The translations under genes were made by a program, and so were the position numbers. 64,000 nucleotides of DNA from Gammaproteobacteria bacterium. Its GTDB lineage: Bacteria > Pseudomonadota > Gammaproteobacteria > Steroidobacterales > JABDLF01. The notes under the pieces were generated by a model that saw only the letters and a list, made by a program, of their open reading frames with translations, was not told where the DNA came from and made no database searches. The stretch lies in assembly GCA_041565075.1 (NCBI GenBank), contig JBFGOQ010000006.1, forward strand, positions 724-64,723. Direction: 5' to 3'. This document shows, in pieces, positions 1-10,477 of the stretch (within the stretch, counting starts at the first letter, position 1; each line of letters begins with the position of its first letter).

Positions 1-114
1 GTCAACAGTTTTCCGACGCTGGCGCTGGACCGAGAAGGTAGCCTGAGCAAAATTACGGTCGATTATTTTTCCTATGAAACCTCGCTCAAAGAGATCGAGA
101 AGCTGGTTACGTGA
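1..114 (+). CDS. 3' end of an unidentified gene (partial, runs off the window)
   Basis: The frame is open from base 1 to the TGA at 112-114 (..DYFSYETSLKEIEKLVT*). I recognise no motif. Confidence 0.3.
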   Translation, partial: VNSFPTLALDREGSLSKITVDYFSYETSLKEIEKLVT

Positions 115-195
115 AAACCGCAAGGCAGAACTGGAAAGGCGAAATCAGCGCCGGGTAAGCTCCTGAAAATATTCTCCTGACCTTTTTCAATGCTG

Positions 196-3072
196 TCAGG
201 CGCGCCTGGCTTTTTTCTTACGTGACTTGTCGGGTTTGACGCCGAGCGTTTTCTTGAGGAACTCGCCGGTATAGGAACCGCGTGTTTCGGCTACCTGCTC
301 CGGGGTGCCGGTAGCGACCACTTCGCCGCCCCCGTCGCCGCCCTCCGGGCCCAGGTCGATGATCCAGTCCGCCGTTTTGATGACGTCGAGGTTATGCTCG
401 ATCACTACCACGGTATTGCCGTGATCGCGCAAGCTGTGCAGCACGTGCAACAACTGGGCGATGTCGTGGAAATGCAGACCGGTAGTGGGCTCGTCGAGAA
501 TATAAAGCGTACGCCCCGTGTCGCGCTTGGAAAGCTCGCGCGCAAGCTTGACACGCTGCGCCTCGCCGCCCGACAGCGTCGTCGCGTTTTGTCCGAGCTT
601 GATATATGTCAGACCAACATCGGTCAAGGTTTGCAGCTTGCGCTTGATGGCCGGGACCGGCGCAAAAAACTCTGCCGCATCTTCGACCGTCATATCGAGC
701 ACTTCGTGGATGTTCTTACCCTTGTAACGAATCTCCAGGGTCTCGCGGTTGTAGCGCTTGCCCTTGCACAGGTCGCAGGGTACGTAAATGTCAGGCAAAA
801 AGTGCATCTCCACCTTGATCACGCCATCACCCTGGCAGGCTTCGCAGCGGCCACCCTTCACATTGAAGCTGAAGCGGCCCGGCTTGTAACCGCGTGAACG
901 CGCCTCCTGGGTGCCTGCGAACAATTCGCGGATTGGCGTAAACAGCCCCGTGTAAGTGGCCGGGTTGGAGCGTGGCGTGCGGCCGATAGGGCTCTGGTTG
1001 ATATCGATGACTTTATCGACCTGCTCAAGGCCCTCGACGCGTTTGCATGGCGCGGCGTTTGCGGCACCCGCGGCGCGATTGAGCGCACGCGCCGCCTGCA
1101 GGTAAAGGGTGTCGTTGATCAGGGTGGACTTGCCCGAGCCCGACACGCCGGTAACACAGGTCATCAGGCCCAGCGGGATTTCCACATCGATCTTTTTGAG
1201 ATTGTTCCCCGTCGCACCGACAATTTTAATTGCGTGATCGATGGCCGGAATCTTGCGCTGAGCGGGCACTTCGATTCTGCGTCGGCCGGATATGTACTGA
1301 CCGGTCAAAGACGCCGTATTGGCCAGCAGTGCGGCGGGCGGACCCTCGGCCACCACGCGGCCCCCGTGCACACCGGCCCCGGGACCCATGTCCACGATAT
1401 GGTCGGCACTCATGATGGCCTCTTCGTCGTGCTCCACCACGATCACGGTATTGCCCAGGTCGCGCAAATGAGTCAGCGTTGCCAGCAGGCGCTGGTTGTC
1501 GCGCTGATGCAGGCCGATTGACGGCTCGTCCAGGATATACATGACGCCGACCAGCCCTGAACCGATCTGGCTGGCGAGCCGGATTCGTTGTGCTTCCCCG
1601 CCGGAGAGCGTTTCGGCGCTGCGGCTGAGACTCAGGTAATCCAGCCCCACATCGGTCAAAAAACTCAGCCGGTCGCCAATTTCCTTGACCACTTTCCTGG
1701 CGACCTCACCGCGCCAGCCAGGCAAGGCGAGGCCGGCGAAGAAATCTCTGGCGTCGCCCACGGACATGGCTGTGATGACGGGCAGGCTTTTCTCGCTGAC
1801 GAAAACGTTGCGGGCGGCGCGGTTGAGACGGTCGCCGCCGCAGTCGGGGCAGGGTTGCGTACTCTGGTACTTGGACAGCTCTTCGCGCACCGTGCCGGAT
1901 TCGGTCTCCCGGTAACGCCGTTGCATATTGGGGATGATGCCCTCGAAAGGGTGGCTGCGCTTGATGGTGCCGCCGCGTCCGTTGAAGTACCGGAACTCGA
2001 TGACCTGCTCGCCGCTGCCGTAGAGAATTTTTTCGCGGACCTTGCGCGGCAGTTTGGCGAATGGCTTTTCGATATCAAACTTGTAGTGTCTTGCCAGGCA
2101 CTTGATGAGCTGGAAGTAATAAGCATTACGCCGGTCCCAGCCGCGAATGGCACCGCCCGCCAGGCTCAGTTGCGGATGGACCACTACGCGCTCGGGGTCA
2201 AAAAAGCTGTCGACCCCCAGCCCGTCGCAGGCGCTGCAAGCCCCGGCCGGGTTGTTGAAGGAGAACAGGCGCGGTTCCAGCTCGGTGAGACTGTAGCCGC
2301 AGACGTTGCAGGCGAAGCGGTCGGAAAACTTGATCTGTTCCCGTTGCGGATCGTCCATCCAGGCGATGCTGGCAGAACCGTCGGCAAGTCGCAGCGCAGT
2401 CTCGAACGATTCGGCGAGGCGCAGGCCGATGTCGTCGCGCACCTTGAATCGATCTACAACCGCTTCGATCGTATGTTTGCGCCGCAGATCCAGCTTTGGC
2501 GGATCATCGAGTTCGTAGATTTCGCCGTCTATCCGGGCGCGAATAAAGCCCTGGGTGCGCAGTTCATTGATGACCTGAACATGTTCACCCTTGCGATGCT
2601 GCACAATCGGCGCGAGCAGCAGTAATTTTGTACCTGTCGGCAGAGTCAGCACCTGGTCCACCATCTGGCTGACCGTCTGGGCTTCGAGGTCGGTATGGTG
2701 ATCGGGGCAGCGCGGGATGCCGGCGCGCGCGTACAGAAGTCGCAGGTAGTCGTATATTTCGGTAACGGTACCCACGGTCGAACGTGGGTTGTGCGAGGTG
2801 GATTTTTGCTCGATGGAGATCGCCGGCGACAAGCCTTCGATGTGATCGACATCGGGCTTTTCCATCATCGACAGGAATTGCCGTGCATAAGCCGAGAGGG
2901 ATTCCACGTACCGGCGCTGGCCCTCGGCGTATATCGTGTCGAAGGCCAGCGACGATTTGCCGGAACCTGACAACCCGGTAATTACAATAAGTTTTTCGCG
3001 CGGCAGTTCGAGCTGCAGGTTCTGCAGGTTGTGGGTGCGAGCGCCTTGTATAAGTATTGTCTGCATGGACAT
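196..3072 (-). CDS. uvrA: Excinuclease ABC subunit A (UvrA)
   Basis: Two ABC ATPase modules ([14 protein letters not shown] and [13 protein letters not shown]) with Cys-rich zinc modules. [14 protein letters not shown] aligns with E. coli MDKIEVRGARTHNL. The ORF-track start at 3126 is trimmed to Met19 (3072); Met21 (3066) is equally possible. Confidence 0.97.
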   Translation of the reverse strand: MSMQTILIQGARTHNLQNLQLELPREKLIVITGLSGSGKSSLAFDTIYAEGQRRYVESLSAYARQFLSMMEKPDVDHIEGLSPAISIEQKSTSHNPRSTVGTVTEIYDYLRLLYARAGIPRCPDHHTDLEAQTVSQMVDQVLTLPTGTKLLLLAPIVQHRKGEHVQVINELRTQGFIRARIDGEIYELDDPPKLDLRRKHTIEAVVDRFKVRDDIGLRLAESFETALRLADGSASIAWMDDPQREQIKFSDRFACNVCGYSLTELEPRLFSFNNPAGACSACDGLGVDSFFDPERVVVHPQLSLAGGAIRGWDRRNAYYFQLIKCLARHYKFDIEKPFAKLPRKVREKILYGSGEQVIEFRYFNGRGGTIKRSHPFEGIIPNMQRRYRETESGTVREELSKYQSTQPCPDCGGDRLNRAARNVFVSEKSLPVITAMSVGDARDFFAGLALPGWRGEVARKVVKEIGDRLSFLTDVGLDYLSLSRSAETLSGGEAQRIRLASQIGSGLVGVMYILDEPSIGLHQRDNQRLLATLTHLRDLGNTVIVVEHDEEAIMSADHIVDMGPGAGVHGGRVVAEGPPAALLANTASLTGQYISGRRRIEVPAQRKIPAIDHAIKIVGATGNNLKKIDVEIPLGLMTCVTGVSGSGKSTLINDTLYLQAARALNRAAGAANAAPCKRVEGLEQVDKVIDINQSPIGRTPRSNPATYTGLFTPIRELFAGTQEARSRGYKPGRFSFNVKGGRCEACQGDGVIKVEMHFLPDIYVPCDLCKGKRYNRETLEIRYKGKNIHEVLDMTVEDAAEFFAPVPAIKRKLQTLTDVGLTYIKLGQNATTLSGGEAQRVKLARELSKRDTGRTLYILDEPTTGLHFHDIAQLLHVLHSLRDHGNTVVVIEHNLDVIKTADWIIDLGPEGGDGGGEVVATGTPEQVAETRGSYTGEFLKKTLGVKPDKSRKKKARRA

Positions 3073-3162
3073 GTGGTTGGTCCGGGTCAACCTGCTAATA
3101 TACGCCGCCTTCCGTCCGCGACGCAAAAGGATGCCCGCTTGAACCAGCCAGGCCTGACCGGC

Positions 3163-4335
3163 ATGCCAATGACCGGCACCGAGCGTCGCGCGGTAGCCGT
3201 ACTGGCCGCGGTTTTTTCGGTGCGCATGCTTGGCTTGTTCTTGCTGCTGCCTTTGGTCGCTTTGTATGCGGACAGCTTCCCCGGCATGACGCCACTGATG
3301 GTCGGGCTTGCGGTAGGCGCCTACGGGATCACCCAGGCACTCTTGCAGATTCCCTTTGGCCTCATGTCGGACAAGTTAGGGCGCAAGCCGGTCATTATTG
3401 CTGGGCTGCTGTTGTTTGTGCTCGGCAGCTTGCTCGCGGCTGCTGCCGACTCCGGTTTGACACTGCTGCTGGGCCGCGTCCTGCAGGGCGCCGGGGCCGT
3501 ATCCGCTGCCATCACAGCGATGGTCGCGGACCTGACCAGGATCGAGGTGCGCACGCGTGCGATGGCGCTGATCGGCATGACCATCGGCGCTTCCTTTGTC
3601 CTGGCGCTGATTGCCGGGCCGGCGCTCGCCGCCTGGCTGGGGATCGCCGGCGTATTCAATGTCACCGCGGGCCTGGCGCTGGCGGCGGCCATCGGGGTTG
3701 CCCTGGCCGTCCCCACGCCTGCGTTGGCTCGCGAGCCCGTGACCTCCAGGGAGGCTTTGCGCGAAGCGCTGGCCAACCGCGGACTCATGGAACTGAACTT
3801 TGGCGTGCTCATTCTGCACATGGTCCTGACGGCAAGTTTCGTGGTGGTGCCTTTTGCCTTGCAGGGCCTGACCGAAGCAGACCTTTCCGGGCATGCGCGC
3901 GTCTACCTGCTGGCCCTACTCCTGTCCTTGCCGCCGACGGTTGCCCTGATCATCAGCAACGAGCGGCTGCGCCGCCCGCCTGCACTGATGGCACTGGCCA
4001 TCTTGCTGGTGAGCCTGGCGCAGGGTCTGCTCTCGGGTGCCGCCAGCCTCTGGGCCATCACGCTTTCCCTGGCGGTGTTTTTCGCCGGCTTCAATTTCCT
4101 CGAGGCCCGCCTCCCGGCACGCATGACCGAGCTCGCCACTGCCGGCGCGCGCGGCGCGGCGCTCGGCGTTTTTGCCACCTGCCAGTTCCTGGGGGCATTC
4201 CTGGGCGGGCTGCTTGGTGGCTGGGTATTCGGCCTCGCCGGCAGCAGTGGCGTTCACCTCACCTGCGCCGTCCTGGTGGTCTTGTGGCTGGGTCTTGTCC
4301 TCAGGTCCTTCCGGCGCGGCAGCGTGCCTGCCTGA
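3163..4335 (+). CDS. MFS transporter
   Basis: Polytopic hydrophobic profile with the MFS loop motif [13 protein letters not shown]. The start is moved to ATG 3163 so it does not overlap the uvrA start region. Confidence 0.85.
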   Translation: MPMTGTERRAVAVLAAVFSVRMLGLFLLLPLVALYADSFPGMTPLMVGLAVGAYGITQALLQIPFGLMSDKLGRKPVIIAGLLLFVLGSLLAAAADSGLTLLLGRVLQGAGAVSAAITAMVADLTRIEVRTRAMALIGMTIGASFVLALIAGPALAAWLGIAGVFNVTAGLALAAAIGVALAVPTPALAREPVTSREALREALANRGLMELNFGVLILHMVLTASFVVVPFALQGLTEADLSGHARVYLLALLLSLPPTVALIISNERLRRPPALMALAILLVSLAQGLLSGAASLWAITLSLAVFFAGFNFLEARLPARMTELATAGARGAALGVFATCQFLGAFLGGLLGGWVFGLAGSSGVHLTCAVLVVLWLGLVLRSFRRGSVPA

Positions 4336-4380
4336 GCCCGATTTTCGCCCCTGCCTGGTGAGCCCGGGCCCTTTCCGGGC

Positions 4381-4386
4381 TATAAT
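4381..4386 (+). promoter_or_regulatory. Possible -10 box (TATAAT) upstream of ssb
   Basis: A perfect TATAAT lies 64 nt upstream of the ssb ATG. No convincing -35 hexamer is present (GTGAGC at 17-nt spacing). Confidence 0.35.
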
Positions 4387-4449
4387 GTCCGGCTCGTTAT
4401 CACCGGTGCCAGGACGGCGCCGATCACAAAGCAAGGTAAGGAGTAACCA

Positions 4450-4878
4450 ATGGCTCGCGGTATCAACAAAGTCATTCTCGTCGGCAACCTCGGGGCAGAT
4501 CCCGAGACGCGCTATATGCCCAGCGGCAGCGCCGTCACCAACATCAGGGTGGCGACTTCGGAATCATGGAAGGACAAGCAAACAGGTGACCAGCAAGAGC
4601 GCACGGAGTGGCACAACGTTGCCATGTTCAATCGCCTCGCGGAAATCGCTGCCGAGTACCTGCGCAAGGGCTCGCAGGTTTACATCGAGGGCAAGCTGCG
4701 CACCCGCAAGTGGCAGGACAAACAAGGTAACGATCGTTACACCACCGAGATCGTCGCCAACGAGATGCAAATGCTTGGTGGGCGCGGCGGCGGCGCTGGA
4801 GCACCCGAGCCCAGGCGGCAGCCGGCTGCAGTGGCAGAGACCGCCAGCGATGACCTGGACGACGATATCCCTTTCTGA
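4450..4878 (+). CDS. ssb: Single-stranded DNA-binding protein
   Basis: OB-fold N-terminus [19 protein letters not shown], a Gly-rich linker and the acidic tail DDDIPF. Shine-Dalgarno AAGGTAAGGAG lies upstream. Confidence 0.97.
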   Translation: MARGINKVILVGNLGADPETRYMPSGSAVTNIRVATSESWKDKQTGDQQERTEWHNVAMFNRLAEIAAEYLRKGSQVYIEGKLRTRKWQDKQGNDRYTTEIVANEMQMLGGRGGGAGAPEPRRQPAAVAETASDDLDDDIPF

Positions 4879-4903
4879 CCCAAGTATTTGCCCAACACCC
4901 AAG

Positions 4904-4940
4904 CAACCGCACCGGCCTATTCGACCGGTGCGGTTTTGTT
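4904..4940 (+). terminator. Rho-independent terminator after ssb
   Basis: Stem AACCGCACCGG (4904-4914) pairs with CCGGTGCGGTT (4925-4935) and is followed by TTTGTT. Confidence 0.6.
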
Positions 4941-4972
4941 ATCGGACCCGTTGAAACGGAGTTTGCGTACTT

Positions 4973-6685
4973 ATGCAACGATTGATCGAACCGCACGGCG
5001 GCGAATTGAAAGATCTTTACCTGCCGGCTGAAGAGGCGGAACAGGCAAAGCAAAAGTTGTTGGCTTACCCGTCCTGGGACATGACGCCGCGGCAGATCTG
5101 TGACATCGAATTGATATTAAACGGGGCGTTTTCGCCGCTTGAAGGATTCATGGGGCGTGATGATTATGACCGCGTGGTCGAGGAGATGCGTCTGGCGAGC
5201 GGTCTGCTGTGGCCGATTCCGATCAATCTTGAAGTCAGCGAAGAATTTGCTGCCACCCTCAGCCAGGGTGACAACATTGCCCTGCGTGACCAGGAGGGCG
5301 TGCCGGTTGCCACCATGCAGGTCAGCGATATCTGGACACCCGACAAAGGGCGCGAGGCGCGCAAGGTGTTTGGCAGCGAGGACGAGGTGCACCCGGCGGT
5401 GCATTACCTCATGCATCTCGCCGGACCGGTGTACCTCGGCGGGCGGCTGCAGGGTATCGAGCCGCCGATGCACTACGATTTCCGTCACCTGCGCGACACG
5501 CCGGGCGAATTACGCTCGCGGTTCAGCAAACTGGGCTGGCGCAAGGTTGTAGCCTTCCAGACCCGCAATCCCATGCACCGCGCACACCAGGAGCTGACAT
5601 TCCGGGCCGCGCGCCAGGTCGAGGCCAACCTGCTTATTCAACCGGTGGTGGGCCTGACCAAGCCGGGCGATGTCGATCATTTCACCCGGGTGCGTTGCTA
5701 CGAACACCTGCTTAATCGTTATCCCGAACAAACCACAGCTTTGAGCCTGTTGCCGCTGGCCATGCGCATGGGCGGCCCGCGTGAAGCCGTGTGGCACGCC
5801 ATCATTCGCAAGAATGATGGCTGCAGCCACTTCATCGTGGGCCGCGACCATGCAGGGCCCGGGCAGGACAGCAAGGGCCAGGACTTTTATGGCCACTACG
5901 ACGCCCAGGAGATGGTGCAGCGCTTTGCCGACGAGCTTGAAATCGAAATGGTGCCGTTCAAAATGATGGTTTATGTGCGCGATCGCGCGCAATACGTCGC
6001 CGTTGACGAAATCGAGGAGGGCGAAGAAGTACTGAGCGTGTCCGGCTCGGAATTGCGCAGGCGTCTGCAGGAAGGCCTGGAAATCCCGGACTGGTTTTCC
6101 TATCCCGATGTTATCGAGGAGCTGCGGCGCACGCATCCGCCTCGCCACAAGCAGGGGTTTACCTTGTTTTTAACCGGCCTCTCCGGGTCCGGAAAGTCCA
6201 CCATTGCCAACGCGGTCATGGTCAAGCTACTCGAAATGGGTGGTCGCAGGGTTACGTTGCTGGACGGCGATATCGTGCGCAAGAACCTTTCCAGCGAGCT
6301 GGGCTTTTCCAAGGAGCACCGCGACCTCAACATCTTGCGCATTGGTTTTGTGGCTTCGGAAATCACCAAAAACGGTGGCATCGCAATCTGTGCCCCGATC
6401 GCGCCGTACACGGCGACGCGGCGTCGGGTTCAGGACGCGGTTCGCCTGGCCGGTGGCTTCGTGGAAATTCATGTCGCCACGCCGATCGAGGTTTGCGAAG
6501 CACGCGATCGCAAAGGTCTTTATGCCAAGGCCCGGGCCGGCATCATCAAGGAGTTCACTGGAATCAGCGATCCTTACGAGGAGCCGCAGAATCCGGACAT
6601 GCGCATAGACACCTCGGATATCAGCCCGGACCACGCGGCGCACAGGGTCATTGTCAAGCTCGAAAGCCTGGGCTACATCCGCTGA
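4973..6685 (+). CDS. sat: Bifunctional sulfate adenylyltransferase / adenylylsulfate kinase (Sat-CysC fusion)
   Basis: ATP-sulfurylase motifs QTRNPMHRAH and GRDHAGPG, followed by the APS-kinase P-loop [12 protein letters not shown] in the C-terminal ~190 aa. Confidence 0.93.
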   Translation: MQRLIEPHGGELKDLYLPAEEAEQAKQKLLAYPSWDMTPRQICDIELILNGAFSPLEGFMGRDDYDRVVEEMRLASGLLWPIPINLEVSEEFAATLSQGDNIALRDQEGVPVATMQVSDIWTPDKGREARKVFGSEDEVHPAVHYLMHLAGPVYLGGRLQGIEPPMHYDFRHLRDTPGELRSRFSKLGWRKVVAFQTRNPMHRAHQELTFRAARQVEANLLIQPVVGLTKPGDVDHFTRVRCYEHLLNRYPEQTTALSLLPLAMRMGGPREAVWHAIIRKNDGCSHFIVGRDHAGPGQDSKGQDFYGHYDAQEMVQRFADELEIEMVPFKMMVYVRDRAQYVAVDEIEEGEEVLSVSGSELRRRLQEGLEIPDWFSYPDVIEELRRTHPPRHKQGFTLFLTGLSGSGKSTIANAVMVKLLEMGGRRVTLLDGDIVRKNLSSELGFSKEHRDLNILRIGFVASEITKNGGIAICAPIAPYTATRRRVQDAVRLAGGFVEIHVATPIEVCEARDRKGLYAKARAGIIKEFTGISDPYEEPQNPDMRIDTSDISPDHAAHRVIVKLESLGYIR

Positions 6686-6740
6686 TGAGTGTGCCTGGGT
6701 ACTGCTAAAATAGGACATAACGGTTCCACGCAAGGCATCT

Positions 6741-8084
6741 ATGAGCGGCAAACTTTACGTCAAGACCTTTGGTTGTCAGATGAACGAGTACGACTCTGAC
6801 AAAATGGCCGAGGTGCTGCGTGAGTCCCACCAGCTGGAGCCGACGAACGTACCTGAAGATGCAGATGTGCTGCTGCTCAATACCTGCTCCGTCCGCGAGA
6901 AAGCCCAGGAAAAAGTGTTCTCGCAGCTGGGCCGTTGGCGGCAGTGGAAGGAACAACGGCCGGAACTCGTGATCGGTGTGGGGGGTTGCGTAGCCAGCCA
7001 GGAGGGCTCTGCGATCACCGAGCGCGCGCCGTTTGTCGATCTGGTGTTTGGTCCTCAGACATTGCATCGTCTGCCCGCCATGATCGATGAGGCGCGCCGC
7101 GACAAGCGCGCTGTTGTCGACGTCAGTTTTCCCGAGATCGAGAAATTTGATCGGCTTCCCGAACCACGCGCCGACGGTCCCACGGCATTCGTGTCAGTCA
7201 TGGAAGGCTGCAGCAAGTACTGTACTTTTTGTGTTGTGCCTTATACCCGCGGCGAGGAAATCAGCCGGCCCTTCGACGACGTGATAGCGGAGGTGGCCGC
7301 GCTTGCCGATCAGGGCGTGCGCGAAGTTACTCTGCTGGGTCAGAACGTGAATGCGTATCGGGGTGCCATGCACGACGGGACACGGGCGGATCTTGCGACG
7401 CTGATCGAGTGGGTTGCAACCATCGAAGGCATCGAGCGAATACGCTTTACGACTTCACATCCGGTGGAATTTACCGACAGCCTGATTCGGGCTTATGCGG
7501 ACGTCCCCAAGCTTGCGAGTTACCTGCATTTACCTGTGCAGTCGGGGTCCGATCGCATTTTGTCGCTGATGAAACGCGGCCACACGGTGCTGGAATACAA
7601 GCAGAAAATTCGCAGGCTCAGGGAAGCCAGGCCGGATATCAGCCTGTCGTCCGACTTTATTATTGGCTTCCCCGGCGAAACCGAGCAAGACTTTCAGGAC
7701 ACCATGCAGCTGATCAGCGACGTGGGCTTCGATCAGTCATTCAGTTTCATTTACAGTCGCCGGCCAGGCACGCCTGCCGCATCGTTGCCGGACGACGTGG
7801 GACTGGCGCAAAAGAAACAACGCCTGGCAATCCTGCAGCACCGCATCAACCAGCAGGCCGCCGCGATTAGTGCCGCGATGGTGGGTACCACCCAGCGCGT
7901 ACTGGTGGAAAGGCCGTCTAAGAAAAATGCCATGCAGATGGCCGGACGCACCGCGAATAACCGCTGGGTGAACTTTGACGGGCCCGCTGGACTGCTCGGG
8001 CGATTCGTCGATATCGAGATTACCGAAGCATTACCGAACTCGCTGCGTGGCCGGTTGCTGGCTGACGCCGCCGTGGCGGTCTGA
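6741..8084 (+). CDS. miaB: tRNA-i6A37 methylthiotransferase MiaB
   Basis: N-terminal [12 protein letters not shown], the radical-SAM cluster [15 protein letters not shown] and a TRAM-like C-terminus. Confidence 0.96.
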   Translation: MSGKLYVKTFGCQMNEYDSDKMAEVLRESHQLEPTNVPEDADVLLLNTCSVREKAQEKVFSQLGRWRQWKEQRPELVIGVGGCVASQEGSAITERAPFVDLVFGPQTLHRLPAMIDEARRDKRAVVDVSFPEIEKFDRLPEPRADGPTAFVSVMEGCSKYCTFCVVPYTRGEEISRPFDDVIAEVAALADQGVREVTLLGQNVNAYRGAMHDGTRADLATLIEWVATIEGIERIRFTTSHPVEFTDSLIRAYADVPKLASYLHLPVQSGSDRILSLMKRGHTVLEYKQKIRRLREARPDISLSSDFIIGFPGETEQDFQDTMQLISDVGFDQSFSFIYSRRPGTPAASLPDDVGLAQKKQRLAILQHRINQQAAAISAAMVGTTQRVLVERPSKKNAMQMAGRTANNRWVNFDGPAGLLGRFVDIEITEALPNSLRGRLLADAAVAV

Positions 8085-8095
8085 AGGGTCCGGCC

Positions 8096-9100
8096 GTGTC
8101 TCCCCAGCATAGCCATGCCGACCTGAGCCTGGCGCCCGATGACAACAGGCGTCTGGCCAACCTTTGCGGGCAGTTCGATCAGCATTTGCGCCAGATCGAG
8201 CAACGCCTGGATGTCGAAATCAGTAACCGGGGCAGCCAGTTTCATATCGAAGGCACCCGGGAGGCGGTAGCGACCGCGACCGGTTTGCTTGAGCGACTGT
8301 ATGCCGAGACCGAGGCGACAGAGATCAGCCCGGAGCGTGTGCATGTGTTCTTGCAGGAGTCCGGGCTGGCTGACATGGCGCGCAATAAAGAGGCGCCTGA
8401 GGCCCCGACGATCAAGGTGCGGCGTGGCGTGGTCCAGGCACGCGGCCCTAATCAGGCCCATTACCTGGCGCATATTGAACGCTGCGATCTTTGTTTTGGT
8501 ATAGGTCCTGCGGGAACCGGCAAGACTTACCTTGCGGTTGCAGCGGCGGTCTCTGCGCTGGAGCGCGAACAGGTCAGGCGCATCGTCCTGGTACGACCGG
8601 CGGTGGAAGCTGGCGAGCGACTGGGATTCCTGCCCGGAGACATGTCGCAGAAAGTCGATCCTTACCTGCGGCCAATTTACGATGCGCTCTACGAAATGCT
8701 GGGCTTCGAAAAGGTTGCGCGCCTGGTGGATCGCAACGTGATTGAAGTTGCGCCGCTGGCGTTCATGCGCGGACGCACGCTGAACGAAGCGTTTGTGATT
8801 CTGGATGAAGCGCAGAACGCGACCATCGAGCAAATGAAGATGTTCCTGACGCGCATTGGCTTTGGCTCCCGCGCTGTGGTGACCGGCGATGTTACGCAGA
8901 CAGATTTGCCAAGCCACCGGTTGTCCGGCTTGCGTAACGCAATAGAAATCCTGCAACACATCAGTGGCGTGAGCTTCACTTTTTTCGATGCGCGTGACGT
9001 TGTTCGCCATCCGCTGGTCAAGCGCATCGTGCAAGCGTACGAAAAAAGTGATCGTGAAGCGGGGCGCAATCCTCCTGCGGCGCCGTCCGAGGAGCATTGA
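8096..9100 (+). CDS. ybeZ: PhoH-like ATPase (YbeZ)
   Basis: Walker A GPAGTGKTYLAVA. It occupies the expected position in the conserved miaB-ybeZ-ybeY-corC-lnt order. GTG start. Confidence 0.93.
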   Translation: MSPQHSHADLSLAPDDNRRLANLCGQFDQHLRQIEQRLDVEISNRGSQFHIEGTREAVATATGLLERLYAETEATEISPERVHVFLQESGLADMARNKEAPEAPTIKVRRGVVQARGPNQAHYLAHIERCDLCFGIGPAGTGKTYLAVAAAVSALEREQVRRIVLVRPAVEAGERLGFLPGDMSQKVDPYLRPIYDALYEMLGFEKVARLVDRNVIEVAPLAFMRGRTLNEAFVILDEAQNATIEQMKMFLTRIGFGSRAVVTGDVTQTDLPSHRLSGLRNAIEILQHISGVSFTFFDARDVVRHPLVKRIVQAYEKSDREAGRNPPAAPSEEH

Positions 9101-9558
9101 GCATCGAGGTCGACATATTGCGCGCGCCTGGTCTTGGTGGCGGGTTGTCGGGCAATGCGCTGCTGGTGACGTGGCTGCGCGCGGCGCTGGAGGATCATTA
9201 CCCGACTGGTGAGCTCAGTTTGCGCATAGTTGATGAGGTCGAAGGTCGCAACCTGAACAGCAAGTTTCGCGGACGTGATTATGCAACCAACGTGTTGAGC
9301 TTTCCGGTCGGCGATGCGCCCACCGTGCAACCGAGGCCGCTGGGTGACCTGGTGATCTGTGCGCCGGTGGTGGCGCGTGAAGCCGCACAACAGGGCAAAG
9401 ACCCCGAGGCGCATTGGGCGCACTTGTGCGTGCATGGCGCCTTGCACCTGGCAGGTCACGACCACGAAGACGATGAAGATGCGCGCATCATGGAAGCGCG
9501 CGAAGTGGAAATCCTGGCACGGTTGGGTTATCAAGACCCCTACCGTGCCGATGCGTGA
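9097..9558 (+). CDS. ybeY: rRNA maturation endoribonuclease YbeY
   Basis: Zinc motif HGALHLAGHDHE. The TTG start overlaps the ybeZ stop (TTGA). Confidence 0.92.
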   Translation: MSIEVDILRAPGLGGGLSGNALLVTWLRAALEDHYPTGELSLRIVDEVEGRNLNSKFRGRDYATNVLSFPVGDAPTVQPRPLGDLVICAPVVAREAAQQGKDPEAHWAHLCVHGALHLAGHDHEDDEDARIMEAREVEILARLGYQDPYRADA

Positions 9559-10453
9559 GGGCAATGCAGGCACTATGACAGACGACGTACCGAGTACCAA
9601 CGGCTCTGGGTTGGGCCACTGGTTCAGGCGCCTGCTGGGCGCCATAAGCGGCAAGCCTCAGGGTCGCGAAGATTTCATTGAGCTCCTGAAGGACGCTGAA
9701 GAACAGGAGATGTTCGACAGCGACGTCCAGTCGATGCTGGAAGGCGTGCTCGAAGTTTCTGACGCTCATGTGCGGGATATTATGATTCCGCGATCGCAGA
9801 TGACTGTGCTGGAACGCGATGCCCCTGTTGATGAAATGCTCAAGGTCATCGTCGAGTCCGGACACTCACGGTTTCCCGTAATTGGCGAGGACCGTGACGA
9901 AGTTCTCGGCATACTCCTGGCCAAGGACCTCCTGCGATTTTTTGTCGAGCATGAAGGACAGCCATTCGACATACGCGAGTGCCTGCGCCGCGCAGCTTTT
10001 GTTCCGGAAAGCAAGCGCCTGAATGTTTTACTCAAGGAATTTCGCGCCAATCGCAATCATATGGCGGTGGTGGTTGACGAATATGGTGGCGTTTCAGGCC
10101 TCGTTACTATCGAGGACGTGCTTGAGCAGATCGTCGGCGACATCGATGACGAGCACGATATAGAAGGAGACATCGATATTCAGAAAGAATCGAACGGGCG
10201 CTACATCGTGCGCGCGCTGACACGTATCGATGATTTCAATGAGTATTTCGAGACCGACCTTAACGATGATGACTTCGACACGGTTGGCGGGTTGATTATT
10301 TTCGAGCTGGGCAGATTGCCGAGGCGCGGAGAGAAAATCCCGTATGGACCCTTCGAGTTCCAGGTGCTGCGTGCGGACCGCCGGCGCGTGCACCTGCTGC
10401 GAGCCACGCGGCGCCCCGAATCGCGCAACGATGAGGCTGACGACGCCGCCTGA
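9551..10453 (+). CDS. corC: CorC/HlyC-family Mg/Co efflux-associated protein (CBS pair + CorC_HlyC domain)
   Basis: CBS-pair region (VRDIMIPRSQM.., ..MAVVVDEYGGVSGLVTIEDVLEQIVG) followed by the C-terminal transporter-associated domain. The start is trimmed to ATG 9551, overlapping the ybeY stop; ATG 9575 is also possible. Confidence 0.9.
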   Translation: MREGNAGTMTDDVPSTNGSGLGHWFRRLLGAISGKPQGREDFIELLKDAEEQEMFDSDVQSMLEGVLEVSDAHVRDIMIPRSQMTVLERDAPVDEMLKVIVESGHSRFPVIGEDRDEVLGILLAKDLLRFFVEHEGQPFDIRECLRRAAFVPESKRLNVLLKEFRANRNHMAVVVDEYGGVSGLVTIEDVLEQIVGDIDDEHDIEGDIDIQKESNGRYIVRALTRIDDFNEYFETDLNDDDFDTVGGLIIFELGRLPRRGEKIPYGPFEFQVLRADRRRVHLLRATRRPESRNDEADDAA

Positions 10454-10477
10454 CACGGCGCGTTAGACGGGCAGCGC

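Noticed and set aside
3073-3162. A search for a LexA/SOS box (CTGT-N8-ACAG) upstream of uvrA, and at 4336-4449 upstream of ssb.
   Set aside because: No match better than a half-site was found. CTGCTAATATACGCC does not fit the consensus. I cannot claim an SOS operator.
3163-4335. The MFS gene between uvrA and ssb considered as an insertion into the classic divergent uvrA/ssb pair.
   Set aside because: To my recollection the same uvrA-MFS-ssb arrangement exists in Pseudomonas aeruginosa, so it is probably ancestral in this part of the Gammaproteobacteria.
7751-9097. A 448-aa minus-strand ORF opposite the miaB 3' end and ybeZ.
   Set aside because: It lies antisense to strongly supported genes, has no motifs, and its composition is typical of a GC-rich shadow ORF.
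9359-9550. Long N-terminal extensions offered by the ORF track for corC. The same applies to 14607 lptE, 3031 MFS, 26209 nit, 32812 DUF1801, 58076 djlA, 59049 rpe, 62682 glcF-like, 62646 DUF481 and 63416 ferredoxin.
   Set aside because: The extensions overlap neighbouring genes, are Arg/Trp-rich and look non-coding. Internal starts align with the family N-termini or signal peptides.
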